Under the pieces are notes generated by a model. That model was not told the origin of the DNA. It was given only the letters and a program-made list of their open reading frames with translations, and searched no databases. DNA of 20,000 bases, taken from IMG/VR virus record IMGVR_UViG_3300008266_011815, one strand, 5' to 3'. The translations under genes and the position numbers were made by a program. Shown one piece after another: positions 6,842 through 15,244 of the stretch (the first letter of the stretch is position 1; the number at the start of each line of letters is the position of its first letter). The DNA is from an uncultured virus (IMG/VR IMGVR_UViG_3300008266_011815) (Duplodnaviria > Heunggongvirae > Uroviricota > Caudoviricetes).

Positions 6842-7714
6842 ATGCAAATCAAACCATTAGACTATTGCGGAGTAGAAATAACTGACATCGATCTTGCCAA
6901 TCTGACAGACGATGACTACGCTCAGATAAAAGAAATATACCTCCAACATTTGATAATTGTTATCAGAAATCAAAAAGTTGCTACAGTTCCTTATGCTAAA
7001 TTGATTCAAAGACTTGGAACTATTGCCAATTGGAAACAGGCAGTATGGGATATTTTTGGAAAACCTTCTAAATTTTTTACAGGAAGTCCTGTTGATGCAT
7101 TCAGCTTTACAGGACCAGATTATATGTTTCCTGTACAACGAGTTACTGGTAAAAAAATAAACGGTCAGCGCACTGGAATTTTTGGACAAGGTAAACTAGA
7201 TTGGCATTCGAATATGAATGGACCTTTTAATCGAGCTCGAGGTGTCGCGCTCCAGGGAGTTTCAAAAGGCATTATTGGAACTAGTACCAGCTGGATGGAC
7301 ACTACATTAGCCTATGCTGCTATGAGTGACGAGCTTAAAAAGAGATGTGAAGGTGTAGTTGGAAGATTTGAATATAGTCCAGAAATTTGGGCTGAAGGTC
7401 TTCCACCTGACCAATATTCTGATATGTTAAAGAATAAAGAAGAATATTATGAAATGCCGTTAGTTAACATAAGTCATTCAGGAAACCCCGGACTTTATTT
7501 TCATTTTATGAATAAATGTTCGTTCCCTAGCGATCCAGAACTTCTCGAAATACTAAAAACACATTGCTTCCAACCACAGTTTATCTACACACACTTTTGG
7601 CAACCAGGAGATATTGTTGTCAGCGATCAAGTTCTTACTCTACATAAAAGAGATACTGACGATCCTAAAATTTTAGAAGAAAGAGTTCTCAGTAGATACA
7701 CCTTTAATCACTAA
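6842..7714 (+). CDS. TauD/TfdA-family 2OG-Fe(II) dioxygenase
   Basis: CGVEITDIDL, HLIIVIRNQ, LDWHSN, TSWMDTTLAY..MSDELK, HFWQPGDIVVSDQVLTLHKR, R at the C-terminus. Confidence 0.9.
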   Translation: MQIKPLDYCGVEITDIDLANLTDDDYAQIKEIYLQHLIIVIRNQKVATVPYAKLIQRLGTIANWKQAVWDIFGKPSKFFTGSPVDAFSFTGPDYMFPVQRVTGKKINGQRTGIFGQGKLDWHSNMNGPFNRARGVALQGVSKGIIGTSTSWMDTTLAYAAMSDELKKRCEGVVGRFEYSPEIWAEGLPPDQYSDMLKNKEEYYEMPLVNISHSGNPGLYFHFMNKCSFPSDPELLEILKTHCFQPQFIYTHFWQPGDIVVSDQVLTLHKRDTDDPKILEERVLSRYTFNH

Positions 7715-8328
7715 TGATTATTCATCGTATCGACAGCAACTATCCTATAGAAAAGATAATAGAATTCTGTAGTCATTCTAAAGTTGATCCGCTACCTGGT
7801 GCAATCAATATGTCTATTGATGATTGGGAAAATAAAAATTATACCTTATTGTATACACTATACAAACAAAAAAGATATGATGACCCTAGCAAGTCGGCAT
7901 ACCTTGGTATAGAGTTCGCCGGTAAGATCATAGCAGCCGGTGGATATTATCCATTAGATTCGGATCCTAATATTGCTATATTAATGTCTAGGATGTATAC
8001 TATACCTAAAGCCAGGAATCAAGCAGTACATGGTAAGTTTTTATTTCCGAGAATAATGTCGGAAGTTGCGGAATTGAACTACCAAGCAGGCCTGGTCTCA
8101 TATAATCAATATAATTTATGGATGAAGACCGCTCTTATGAGGGCTAGTAGTGGCCGAGGAATCTTTTTAGGTATTAAAACACCTGATGAATATCGAGGAT
8201 GGACTGATATAGAACAACCCCTCATGATAAAAAATACTCCACAATGGTGTTTATATAAACTGTTTAATCCTACTTATCTACCCATATTTCTAAAAAGTAT
8301 AGATAAAATCAAAATTTTATCTCAATAA
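7714..8328 (+). CDS. GNAT-like (acyltransferase-fold) protein
   Basis: GKIIAAGGYY...ILMSRMYTIPKARNQ: motif-A-like R.Y..P..R pattern. Confidence 0.6.
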   Translation: MIIHRIDSNYPIEKIIEFCSHSKVDPLPGAINMSIDDWENKNYTLLYTLYKQKRYDDPSKSAYLGIEFAGKIIAAGGYYPLDSDPNIAILMSRMYTIPKARNQAVHGKFLFPRIMSEVAELNYQAGLVSYNQYNLWMKTALMRASSGRGIFLGIKTPDEYRGWTDIEQPLMIKNTPQWCLYKLFNPTYLPIFLKSIDKIKILSQ

Positions 8329-8335
8329 ATAAACT

Positions 8336-9055
8336 ATGTTTCCTTTAAATTTATATTCAGCCATTGCGCTGTCATTGTTATTCACCCATGTAACTATTAT
8401 AGCAGTTACATTATACCTACATAGGTGTGCTACGCATCGTGGATTAGAAATGCATCCAATACTATCTCACTTCTTTCGTGCATGGCTTTGGTTAACTACT
8501 GGTATGACTACTAAAGCATGGGTAGCAGTGCATCGCAAACATCATCAGAATACAGATGCCGAAGGCGATCCACATAGTCCACATATATTCGGAATCTGGA
8601 GATTGATCGGAGGTGGATGGAGTTTGTATCACGAAGCGACCAAAGACCCGGCCATGGTTATAAAATATGGATCAGGTACTCCTAAAGATTGGGTCGAGCG
8701 TAAAATCTACACCCAATTCCATCAGTATGGTATTCTTGTAATGTTAGTTATAGACTTATTATTATTTGGATGGTGGGGCGCACTAATATGGGTAATACAA
8801 ATGACTTGGATACCTTTCTGGGCTGCTGGAATTATAAATGGGCTAGCACACTGGTGGGGTTATCGCAACGGTGAGACTAAAGACCAAAGCAGAAATATTA
8901 GTCCATGGGGTATCTTAATTGGCGGTGAAGAGCTGCATAATAATCATCACATGGATCCTGCAAGTCCCAAGTTTAGTCGCAAGTGGTTTGAAATCGACAT
9001 AGGTTGGGTATACCTTAATATTTTCAAGTTAATTGGATTGGTAAAATTAAAATGA
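8336..9055 (+). CDS. membrane fatty-acid (delta-9-type, proteobacterial DesA-like) desaturase
   Basis: His boxes HRCATH, HRKHH, HNNHH; GDPHSP, GEELHNNHH, EIDIGW; TAAATA at 8326-8331. Confidence 0.93.
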   Translation: MFPLNLYSAIALSLLFTHVTIIAVTLYLHRCATHRGLEMHPILSHFFRAWLWLTTGMTTKAWVAVHRKHHQNTDAEGDPHSPHIFGIWRLIGGGWSLYHEATKDPAMVIKYGSGTPKDWVERKIYTQFHQYGILVMLVIDLLLFGWWGALIWVIQMTWIPFWAAGIINGLAHWWGYRNGETKDQSRNISPWGILIGGEELHNNHHMDPASPKFSRKWFEIDIGWVYLNIFKLIGLVKLK

Positions 9056-9927
9056 AAAAAACCCTTTTACTATTACTAATATCTTTTTTTATGAGTTCTC
9101 TGGCTTATGCCGAGCCACCTAAAAAATTTAAATCTAAAAAATATAAACAGTATCAAACAAAAGTTTATAAGAAAAAACTAAAGGTTTCTAAAAAATTCTA
9201 TTCGCCTAATAGCTCATATGCAATATACGATTACTCTAGTTCTCAATTTGACAATGAGCATAATGTAACCGACATTAAAAGCATTGCCAGTATAACAAAG
9301 TTGTTTACAGCTATAACTGTAGTTAACAGCAAAGCCGACTTAAACGAAAAACTATACGTGACTGGTAACAACGGCGGCAAAGTTATCAAAGGCTCGTGGA
9401 TCAGTCGAATAGATCTTTTAAAAGCAATGGTTACTAATTCTGATAACCTAGCAGCTGAAGTATTGGCCAACAATCATCCTAGAGGGTTTAAACAATTTAT
9501 AATTGATGCAAATGACTATAATAAACGAATTGGGTTAAAGCATACAGAAATAGTTGACAGTAGTGGTCTACTTCCGGGCAATGTTAGCACAGCAGCCGAC
9601 TTAGTACTATTCTTAAATTCAATTAAAGATAATGACGTTATTAAAGAAATCGCTAATCTTAGAGGACACGAAATCGCAGTTCCTCGTCCTAAAGGTAAAA
9701 GAATTATAACAATTAAATTTCATAATACTAATCCTGACATTTACAAAATGGACAATGTTATTATAAGCAAAACAGGCTTTACTAATCCAGCAGGACGTTG
9801 TGTAGTCATGTTAGTTGAACGTGGTCAAAAGCTATATGCGTTAGTTGTGTTAGGTGCAAGAACTCCTAGCGACCGCAGTAGAATACTGCACAATTTATTA
9901 GACAAGGCTAATACAGTTCACATTTAA
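9052..9927 (+). CDS. D-alanyl-D-alanine endo/carboxypeptidase (peptidase S11, PBP7-like)
   Basis: Signal peptide, Lys-rich linker, SxxK (ASITKL), SxN (SDN), KTG (SKTGFTNPAGRC), DSSGL..GNVSTAADL. Confidence 0.92.
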   Translation: MKKTLLLLLISFFMSSLAYAEPPKKFKSKKYKQYQTKVYKKKLKVSKKFYSPNSSYAIYDYSSSQFDNEHNVTDIKSIASITKLFTAITVVNSKADLNEKLYVTGNNGGKVIKGSWISRIDLLKAMVTNSDNLAAEVLANNHPRGFKQFIIDANDYNKRIGLKHTEIVDSSGLLPGNVSTAADLVLFLNSIKDNDVIKEIANLRGHEIAVPRPKGKRIITIKFHNTNPDIYKMDNVIISKTGFTNPAGRCVVMLVERGQKLYALVVLGARTPSDRSRILHNLLDKANTVHI

Positions 9928-9937
9928 TTTTACAAAT

Positions 9938-9965
9938 CATAGTGCTCTATAAATAAAGCACTATG
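9938..9965 (+). promoter_or_regulatory. T4-type late promoter TATAAATA inside a start-codon-sequestering hairpin
   Basis: Perfect 9-bp inverted repeat CATAGTGCT9938-9946/AGCACTATG9957-9965; TATAAATA at 9948-9955 in the loop; ATG 9963 in the 3' arm. Confidence 0.75.
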
Positions 9966-10541
9966 ATTATAAGAGAACTGACATTTGACGATCATGCACA
10001 GTTATTAGAACTGATGCAGAAAAATCCAACTCTCATGAAAATTGAAGACGATGAGTATCAGGAAACACTAGCTCAACGTGCAGGATTTTTTTTAAAAGAC
10101 CCACACTTTTTTAATATTGGCTGCTTCGATAACAATAAGTTAGTGTCTACCATTAATTTTTACGAATCAGATCAAGCACCAAGTTGGACTATCATTCAGT
10201 GTACTAGAGATCTTCCAGGAGCATTTTGCTCATTCCCCGAAGAAAGAACCATGTTAAGTATGATGTTTCAGGAAGCTGAAGCTAGAGATCTTACAAGATT
10301 TTATATCTGTTTTAACTCAAAAATGCCTATGATGATGAATAGAAGCAGAGTGGGCGCAAGATTGCTTGCAAAATGGATCCCAGAAATTACTAAATATGAG
10401 ATAGCAGACGATGCTATTGTCCCGGCAGGAACTATGCCTAAGTACAGTTATCAAAAAATGTTATTAGGTAAACCCTGGCCCGTAGATTTAATTATAAGAT
10501 GTGGATTCTTAAAAAATGAGTACAGAAAAATTACAACTTAA
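9963..10541 (+). CDS. GNAT-like fold hypothetical protein
   Basis: MIIRELTFDD start and IGCFDNNKLVSTI strand typical of GNAT N-termini; weak otherwise. Confidence 0.55.
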   Translation: MIIRELTFDDHAQLLELMQKNPTLMKIEDDEYQETLAQRAGFFLKDPHFFNIGCFDNNKLVSTINFYESDQAPSWTIIQCTRDLPGAFCSFPEERTMLSMMFQEAEARDLTRFYICFNSKMPMMMNRSRVGARLLAKWIPEITKYEIADDAIVPAGTMPKYSYQKMLLGKPWPVDLIIRCGFLKNEYRKITT

Positions 10542-11331
10542 AGACTTTCATACACATACATGGTTTAGTGTATTACCTTTATATCTCCTCTTTCTAGGAT
10601 CCCTCAGTCAAATCGGAAGCACCTCGCTGTTGAGTCTGTGTTTATTTTTTGTTTTTTGGACATTAATTGGCGGCTGCGGAATAGAATTGACCTTCCACAG
10701 ATTGTTAAGTCATAAATCTTTTGAAATATCAAACTGGGCTAAAAAGTTGTTTTCTTATTTGGGGTGTTTAGCTATGAACGGTAGTCCTATTTTTTGGGTA
10801 GCTATTCACAAGCAACATCATCCCTACGCTGACACAGATTCTGATCCTCATCATCCTGGACAAGGATTCTTTATGAGTTATATTGGTTGGGCGTTACACA
10901 AGCCTAGTTTAGACAAAATTAGATTCGCTCGAGCAGGTAAGGACCTATTGACTTCTAAGTTTCAATTATTTTTACAACAGCACTATTATTTGTTAGTCTG
11001 GGGCTTTTATCTAGCCGTATTTTTAATTAGTCCTACAATTTTTTGGTTAAGTTTTGTGCCAGCATGTTTGTTAGCGCACAATCAAGGTAATATAGTTAAC
11101 TTTTTCTGTCATCAGAAAAAATACGGCTATAGAAATCACGAAGTCAAAGATAACAGTGTAAACATAAAAGCTTTAAGTTTTTTAACTTGGGGATTAAGTC
11201 TACACAATAATCATCATAATCAAAGTCAAAGTGCTAACTTAGCTTCTAAGAATGATGAGACTGATTTTGGTTACGTACTTTTAAAATTTTTATCTAAAAT
11301 TAAAATAGTTAAAAATTTACATACTGCGTGA
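10516..11331 (+). CDS. membrane acyl-CoA/acyl-lipid delta-9-type desaturase
   Basis: His boxes HRLLSH, HKQHH, HNNHH; DPHHP; hydrophobic segments. Confidence 0.92.
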   Translation: MSTEKLQLKDFHTHTWFSVLPLYLLFLGSLSQIGSTSLLSLCLFFVFWTLIGGCGIELTFHRLLSHKSFEISNWAKKLFSYLGCLAMNGSPIFWVAIHKQHHPYADTDSDPHHPGQGFFMSYIGWALHKPSLDKIRFARAGKDLLTSKFQLFLQQHYYLLVWGFYLAVFLISPTIFWLSFVPACLLAHNQGNIVNFFCHQKKYGYRNHEVKDNSVNIKALSFLTWGLSLHNNHHNQSQSANLASKNDETDFGYVLLKFLSKIKIVKNLHTA

Positions 11332-11337
11332 TAAAAA

Positions 11338-12396
11338 TTATTTTCCATCACTCCAGTTACTAGACACATATTTGTCGTAATAATCATAGAAATGTTGATA
11401 TCCTTTTTCTAAAGGATCTTGAACAGGACCAAAATCATCCATACCTGTTTTATAATTAAATTTTCGACCCTTATCTATTCTTAAAGCTATTTCATCATCT
11501 TCTACTGTAGTTTCCATATAAGCAGCCTGATGCGCAGCTACTAGTTCTGGTTCAAAGTGAAGAACATCTTCGGGATAATAAAATTCAACAATGTTTTTTG
11601 TTTTTTGCGGTGAGTCAGGCCACACCGTGGATACTACTAATACGTGCGGATACCATTCTACCATAATATTTGGATATATGGTTAACCATATTGCTCCATA
11701 CTCAGGAACCTTTCCACCTGAATAATTTAGTACAGCTTTCTGATACCTTTCCCAAACTGGAGTGCCTGGTGTACGTAGTTCGTTATTAACGCCAACAGAT
11801 TGGCAACTGTAGTTTTTACTGAACTGCCAAACGAGCTCTTCACAGTTGACAAAGCTTCCTAAACCAGGATGAGAAGGCGTTACATGGTAATCATCTAAGT
11901 AAACTTCAATAAATGTTTTCCAGTTATAATTACATTCTTGAACTATTCGAGAATGAAATGCATAATTTTCAAAACTAAAATGCTTACTTAAATTCATGTC
12001 GGCAAGATTTTCTTTGATATTAGTAAAGCCTGAATCAAATATAAGCCCGTTCCATGTTTGTGTACTAAATTTTCTAAGGCTAAGATTCGGGCAAGGATCA
12101 AATTGAGGTGCACCTAATAGTTTACCTTCACGATCGTATGTCCAACCGTGCAATGAACAAACAACATTGTTTGTTTTTCCTGATCCAGTTAATATAGTTC
12201 CTTGGCGGTGCCTGCAAACGTTGCTTAGACATTCAACACCGTTTTTATTTTTAATTAAGACTCTTGCTTCGTCATCTTGATCTATGACTAGATAGTTATC
12301 AACTGAAAGCTCGTGACCTAAGTATCTAGTCTGTTTGAACAATACTTGTTCTTTTTCTAAAATAAGATCATCAAAATAGAAGTGTGACGGTTTCAT
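11338..12396 (-). CDS. Rieske non-heme iron oxygenase alpha subunit (betaproteobacterial, putrescine-2-hydroxylase-like)
   Basis: Rieske CRH...CSLH; NWKTFIEVYLDDYHVTPSHPG mononuclear Fe site; EDDEIA distal Asp. Confidence 0.88.
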   Translation of the reverse strand: MKPSHFYFDDLILEKEQVLFKQTRYLGHELSVDNYLVIDQDDEARVLIKNKNGVECLSNVCRHRQGTILTGSGKTNNVVCSLHGWTYDREGKLLGAPQFDPCPNLSLRKFSTQTWNGLIFDSGFTNIKENLADMNLSKHFSFENYAFHSRIVQECNYNWKTFIEVYLDDYHVTPSHPGLGSFVNCEELVWQFSKNYSCQSVGVNNELRTPGTPVWERYQKAVLNYSGGKVPEYGAIWLTIYPNIMVEWYPHVLVVSTVWPDSPQKTKNIVEFYYPEDVLHFEPELVAAHQAAYMETTVEDDEIALRIDKGRKFNYKTGMDDFGPVQDPLEKGYQHFYDYYDKYVSSNWSDGK

Positions 12397-12406
12397 AAAT
12401 TAATTT

Positions 12407-13390
12407 TTAATTTGTAGTTTTGGCTATTTTTAATAATTCTTCAGTGGTCCAGTAATTACAATTTTGTTTAAACTCATTTATGATTAAAGGATATCCATCT
12501 GATGTTTTAAACTTATGACGGCCGCCGCCATAAGATTCTTTACCGTGTAAATTATACAGTCTTTCAGACACATCAATCATCCATGTTTCAATATCTTCCA
12601 TACCGTGTTTCTTGATTCTAGGGATCATTTCCGGCCAAGCTTCTCTGTATCCTTGAAGTTTAGTTGAACTCATTCCTAACTTACCAGGGAAGCCATCATT
12701 AACAATCTTATCAAACCAATTAGTCTGAGTTAGTGCTAAAAATTGATTAGGGCTCCATCGGCACCAATCTGCAACAGCCGATCGTCCTTGCTGCGTAAAG
12801 AACTTACACCAGCCCCAATTATATTCCCACTCAGTAACCAGCCATGTTCCTTTTTTAGAATAATCTTTATCAGTTCTTTCTATAAACAATTCTCCACCGG
12901 CCATTACTGGTAATCCGTCAACTAAGTCGCATAGAGCCAATTGTGGAAGTAGAGGAGGAATGACTATTTGAGATTTGAGACTGTAATCTGCTGCATCATT
13001 CTCAAAAAATTTAACAACATCGAAGTCAATAAACTTATATGGAACACCGAGTGATTCACATATAATAACTGCATAGCTCACATCATAGATGTTAAGATCA
13101 TTTTTATAACGTCCAATATAAACATCAAAATCAATTCCCGCAGCCTTAAACGATCTTAACATCATTTCGCTTTCGCTGCCGCCAGAAAACATTAAGCTAA
13201 ATTTTTCATTTGGATACCAATCGCGAATAGATTGAGTAGCTTTAATACATTCTGTTCTAAAGTCTTGTATAGGATCATCGGTTGGTTTTATCAAAGCTTG
13301 AAATTTTTGCTCCGGACTAGTTCTTCTAAGTTTGGTTGGATCATTGTCATAACAATAATACAGCCAGTTGTTTTCGGTATGGGTAAACAT
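12407..13390 (-). CDS. PP-loop (adenine nucleotide alpha-hydrolase-like) ATP pyrophosphatase-fold protein
   Basis: FSLMFSGGSESEMML (SGGxD/ES loop), LGVPYKFID, PVMAGGE; GAGG SD. Confidence 0.7.
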   Translation of the reverse strand: MFTHTENNWLYYCYDNDPTKLRRTSPEQKFQALIKPTDDPIQDFRTECIKATQSIRDWYPNEKFSLMFSGGSESEMMLRSFKAAGIDFDVYIGRYKNDLNIYDVSYAVIICESLGVPYKFIDFDVVKFFENDAADYSLKSQIVIPPLLPQLALCDLVDGLPVMAGGELFIERTDKDYSKKGTWLVTEWEYNWGWCKFFTQQGRSAVADWCRWSPNQFLALTQTNWFDKIVNDGFPGKLGMSSTKLQGYREAWPEMIPRIKKHGMEDIETWMIDVSERLYNLHGKESYGGGRHKFKTSDGYPLIINEFKQNCNYWTTEELLKIAKTTN

Positions 13391-13412
13391 GTTGCCTCTA
13401 AAAATAAAGCAA

Positions 13413-13420
13413 TATTTATA
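13413..13420 (-). promoter_or_regulatory. T4-type late promoter TATAAATA
   Basis: Exact TATAAATA on the minus strand upstream of the PP-loop/Rieske unit. Confidence 0.65.
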
Positions 13421-13460
13421 GACCTAATTATACCTTCATAAATTTTAAAAACCAAACTGT

Positions 13461-13489
13461 TTGACTTTGTTAGAATAAGTAGTTATAAT
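13461..13489 (+). promoter_or_regulatory. sigma70-type (early) promoter
   Basis: TTGACT(13461-13466)-17 bp-TATAAT(13484-13489). Confidence 0.85.
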
Positions 13490-13495
13490 ACCCAC

Positions 13496-14044
13496 ATGAG
13501 TAAAGTTTCTAAAAGTCCAGACCGTCATACCTTTCAAAAGGAAGGCTATGAACAACGCCTAGCCGAAAAAGGCGAAACTCCTAGCGAAGCTTATCTTGAT
13601 TATTTTGAAAAGATACTTTACGAACACGATCACAAATTTGATGATCCAGAAACTCACAAAAACAATATGGAGTACGAATTAGTAACTACTGATTGGATAT
13701 TGGAAAAAGTGCGCAGCAGTGAATCCTATGCTCAGAACTTGTATGCAGCCATGTGTAATAACCAGTTTCAAAAACGTGAGTTGTGGCCCATACTAGCCGA
13801 ACAAACTTGGAGTTGTACTTGGCGTTACTCCGGTGGCATCGTCGCAGACATGCGACAAGAAGGTGATTATATTGATTGGTATTGTAGCGGCATGGGCGGG
13901 CTTGCAGGCGAGTGGGATAAAGATGTAGAGACCTTTGAACAGTGGACTGCACGTACCAAGTTTGTTTCTGAAGGTGTTGTCACTGAAGAAATTCAAAAAG
14001 ATCTTTTTGAATTAGGTTGGTTAGTAATGGACGAGGACAAATGA
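13496..14044 (+). CDS. hypothetical phage protein (182 aa)
   Basis: Open frame directly after the sigma70 promoter; YAQNLYAAMCNN, WSCTWRYSGG, YIDWYCSG motifs; no family assigned. Confidence 0.8.
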   Translation: MSKVSKSPDRHTFQKEGYEQRLAEKGETPSEAYLDYFEKILYEHDHKFDDPETHKNNMEYELVTTDWILEKVRSSESYAQNLYAAMCNNQFQKRELWPILAEQTWSCTWRYSGGIVADMRQEGDYIDWYCSGMGGLAGEWDKDVETFEQWTARTKFVSEGVVTEEIQKDLFELGWLVMDEDK

Positions 14045-14217
14045 TGAAATATACATTTAATGCAGAAGATATATTTGAAGACATTCCTGGAGATCCAGAC
14101 AATGTCATTTTGAAATTTCCTCCTGAAATATTAGAACAAACAGGGTGGAAAGAAGGAGACACATTGAATATTGAATTAGAGGACGGTGCTATTACCGTAA
14201 CAAAAGTTAATGGCTAA
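14041..14217 (+). CDS. AbrB/MazE/SpoVT-like small DNA-binding protein
   Basis: ILKFPPEILEQTGWKEGDTLNIELEDGAITV swapped-hairpin pattern; ATG overlaps the previous stop. Confidence 0.7.
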   Translation: MMKYTFNAEDIFEDIPGDPDNVILKFPPEILEQTGWKEGDTLNIELEDGAITVTKVNG

Positions 14218-14431
14218 GTCTGATGATTTATTAGAACTACGGGGAACTGTAACAGAAGTATTACCTAATAGTACGTTTCGTGTCAAAGTTGAAAACATTG
14301 ACCACGAAATTCTCTGCTATATAGGCGGCAGATTGAAACAACATAAAATTAAAGTAATTCTGGGAGATCCAGTTACGATTGAAGTTAGTGTTTATGATTT
14401 GAAAAAAGGTAGAATTACTTACAGACATTGA
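14210..14431 (+). CDS. infA: translation initiation factor IF-1
   Basis: MAKSDDLLELRGTVTEVLPNSTFRVKVEN.HEILCYIGGRL....IKVILGDPVTIEVSVYDLKKGRITYRH closely follows the IF-1 consensus. Confidence 0.96.
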   Translation: MAKSDDLLELRGTVTEVLPNSTFRVKVENIDHEILCYIGGRLKQHKIKVILGDPVTIEVSVYDLKKGRITYRH

Positions 14432-14437
14432 GGAACT

Positions 14438-14599
14438 ATGACAACTTTAAATGAAGCAGCAAAAAAAACCGGCGAAAATCTTTGTATCTTGTTAGAAGCA
14501 TTGGTATCAAAAATTAACGAATTAACAGAAGAAAATTTAAAACTTAAAACTGAATTAGCTAAATTGAAATTAGAAAAAGTTCAAAATGATATCCAATGA
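14438..14599 (+). CDS. small coiled-coil protein (53 aa)
   Basis: GAGG SD before ATG 14438; MTTLNEAAKKTGENLCILLEALVSKINELTEENLKLKTELAKLKLEKVQNDIQ*; leucine heptads; fills the gap after infA. Confidence 0.7.
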   Translation: MTTLNEAAKKTGENLCILLEALVSKINELTEENLKLKTELAKLKLEKVQNDIQ

Positions 14600-14867
14600 A
14601 AAAGATCTTAAGATATTTAAGAAATGGCTCAAAAGCCATTTAGCCTACGGTCCAACTACTATAACATTTATAAAAAAAGATGGTACTGAAAGATCTATGA
14701 ACTGTACTATCAACGAAGGATATATTCCTGAAGAGCTACATCAAAAAAATGATAAGAAAGAAAAAAAGATCAACGACGAGGTTATGCCAGTTTATGATCT
14801 TGATGTAAAAGGGTGGCGAAGTTTTCGCTGGGATTCAGTAAAAACAATAACATTTACACTATCATGA
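14586..14867 (+). CDS. SH3/Sm-like beta-barrel (WYL_2-like) phage protein
   Basis: TITFIKKDGTERSMNCT...VYDLDVKGWRSFRWDSV. Confidence 0.75.
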   Translation: MISNEKDLKIFKKWLKSHLAYGPTTITFIKKDGTERSMNCTINEGYIPEELHQKNDKKEKKINDEVMPVYDLDVKGWRSFRWDSVKTITFTLS

Positions 14868-15244
14868 TCGAAATTTTATTATTACTCTGTTTTATCGTTA
14901 AACATTTCTTAGTAGACTTTGTTTGGCAAACAGAAACACAATTAGAAGAAAAAGGCCAATACTTAAAATCGGGAGGATTGGAGCATTCTGGTTTACATGC
15001 ACTGTTCACATATCTTATTCTAATTCATATGTTAGATATGCCTTTTGCGTTAATGCTATCAATACTTGACTTTAGTTTGCACTATCATATTGATTGGGCT
15101 AGAATGTATATCAATAAAAGATATAATTATACTCCCTCAGACAAGGGATTTTGGTTTTGGCTAGGCCTTGACCAATTACTACATCAACTAACTTATATTG
15201 TTATTACTATTGTGACCATACTTATAATCGGAGACTTTATCTAA
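14864..15244 (+). CDS. DUF3307-like membrane protein
   Basis: KHFLVDFVWQ, HSGLH, HYHIDW, LGLDQLLHQLTY; start reassigned to ATG 14864. Confidence 0.8.
   Translation: MIEILLLLCFIVKHFLVDFVWQTETQLEEKGQYLKSGGLEHSGLHALFTYLILIHMLDMPFALMLSILDFSLHYHIDWARMYINKRYNYTPSDKGFWFWLGLDQLLHQLTYIVITIVTILIIGDFI

Noticed and set aside
3157..13390. RiPP/lasso-peptide cluster (PP-loop as lasso cyclase)
   Set aside because: No precursor peptide, RRE or transglutaminase-like protease seen; intergenic gaps are too short to hide one
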